The notes under the pieces: model-generated
What the model saw: the letters and a program-made list of their open reading frames with translations, nothing else
Told to the model about the DNA's origin: nothing
Database searches by the model: none
Shown: positions 63,560-64,000 of the stretch, piece after piece
How positions within the stretch are numbered: position 1 is the stretch's first letter
How the letters are laid out: the number at the start of each line of letters is the position of its first letter
Assembly: GCA_951406725.2 (NCBI GenBank)
Contig: OX597830.1
Span: forward strand, 24,490,001 to 24,554,000
Direction: 5' to 3'
Length of the DNA stretch: 64,000 nt
Source of the DNA: Octopus vulgaris
Lineage: Eukaryota
Position numbers and translations under genes: made by a program

Positions 63560-64000
63560 TTCAAAGGAACAGCAGGGCTGTTACAGTTTAACAGCACTAT
63601 CAGAGGAGTTGCCAGAATGAAGGTATAATCAACGATGAACTGCCTTAAGGGCTCCAACTCCAGAGTTTTCTTTGATGCTTACTCCTGAATCCTCATAACT
63701 GGGTATCAGTAGAAGATAGTTGTGGAGTCAGTTTTTCTTCTAGATGGACTGCCTGCCAAGGCTGATGACTACCATTTGTCCTCATTAGGTAGGTAGTACT
63801 GGAGTTACATGGTAGCCAGTAGAAAAAAAGAAACCTAACTTGACTAACATAGATATGTACATGCTATTCCTCTTCCCTTCGATGGATTTTGTTTTTTTAT
63901 CCTGCAGGATTTCTAGTAATTATCCTCCTCACTAAGCAAACTTGGTGGGGTTGCCTGTTTAGCCACTGACCCAACTATGCAACAGGTTGTACTGGTTACT
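63560..64000 (-). mobile_element. RTE-like LINE 5' UTR
   Basis: Minus strand ..CAGCCTTGGCAGGCAGTCCATCTAGAAGAAAAACT.. is typical of RTE 5' UTRs; homologous to 14400-14620. Confidence 0.5.

Noticed and set aside
63860-64000. HDV-like ribozyme in the RTE 5' UTR
   Set aside because: Known for some RTEs, but I could not build the nested double pseudoknot by eye and the element runs off the window.

Overview
AT-rich animal genomic DNA with no recognisable host protein-coding gene; the repeat families look like octopus (coleoid cephalopod), which is inferred rather than proven. The window is a dense mosaic of decayed transposons: tRNA-derived SINEs, RTE- and CR1-like LINEs, Penelope-like (GIY-YIG) pieces, a Gypsy integrase remnant, mariner remnants and MITEs. 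Two CpG-richer promoter-like islands lie at about 0-3 kb and 42.4-42.9 kb. Highlights: (1) a 5'-truncated R2 retrotransposon still joined to 86 nt of 28S rRNA starting at the canonical R2 target site, but lying outside rDNA; (2) a structurally intact minimal hammerhead ribozyme downstream of Pol III B-box-like motifs, plus two decayed or variant hammerhead folds; (3) a 4.2-kb array of 180-bp satellite built from mariner sub-terminal sequence; (4) three copies of an ORF1 (zinc-knuckle)-only retroposon, one ending in a SINE/LINE-type 3' tail; (5) a 12-kb degenerate tandem array of an antisense RTE-containing unit; (6) a strong minus-strand bias of TE remnants, compatible with a unistrand piRNA-cluster-like or lncRNA locus. 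Boundaries of decayed elements are approximate and were read by eye.
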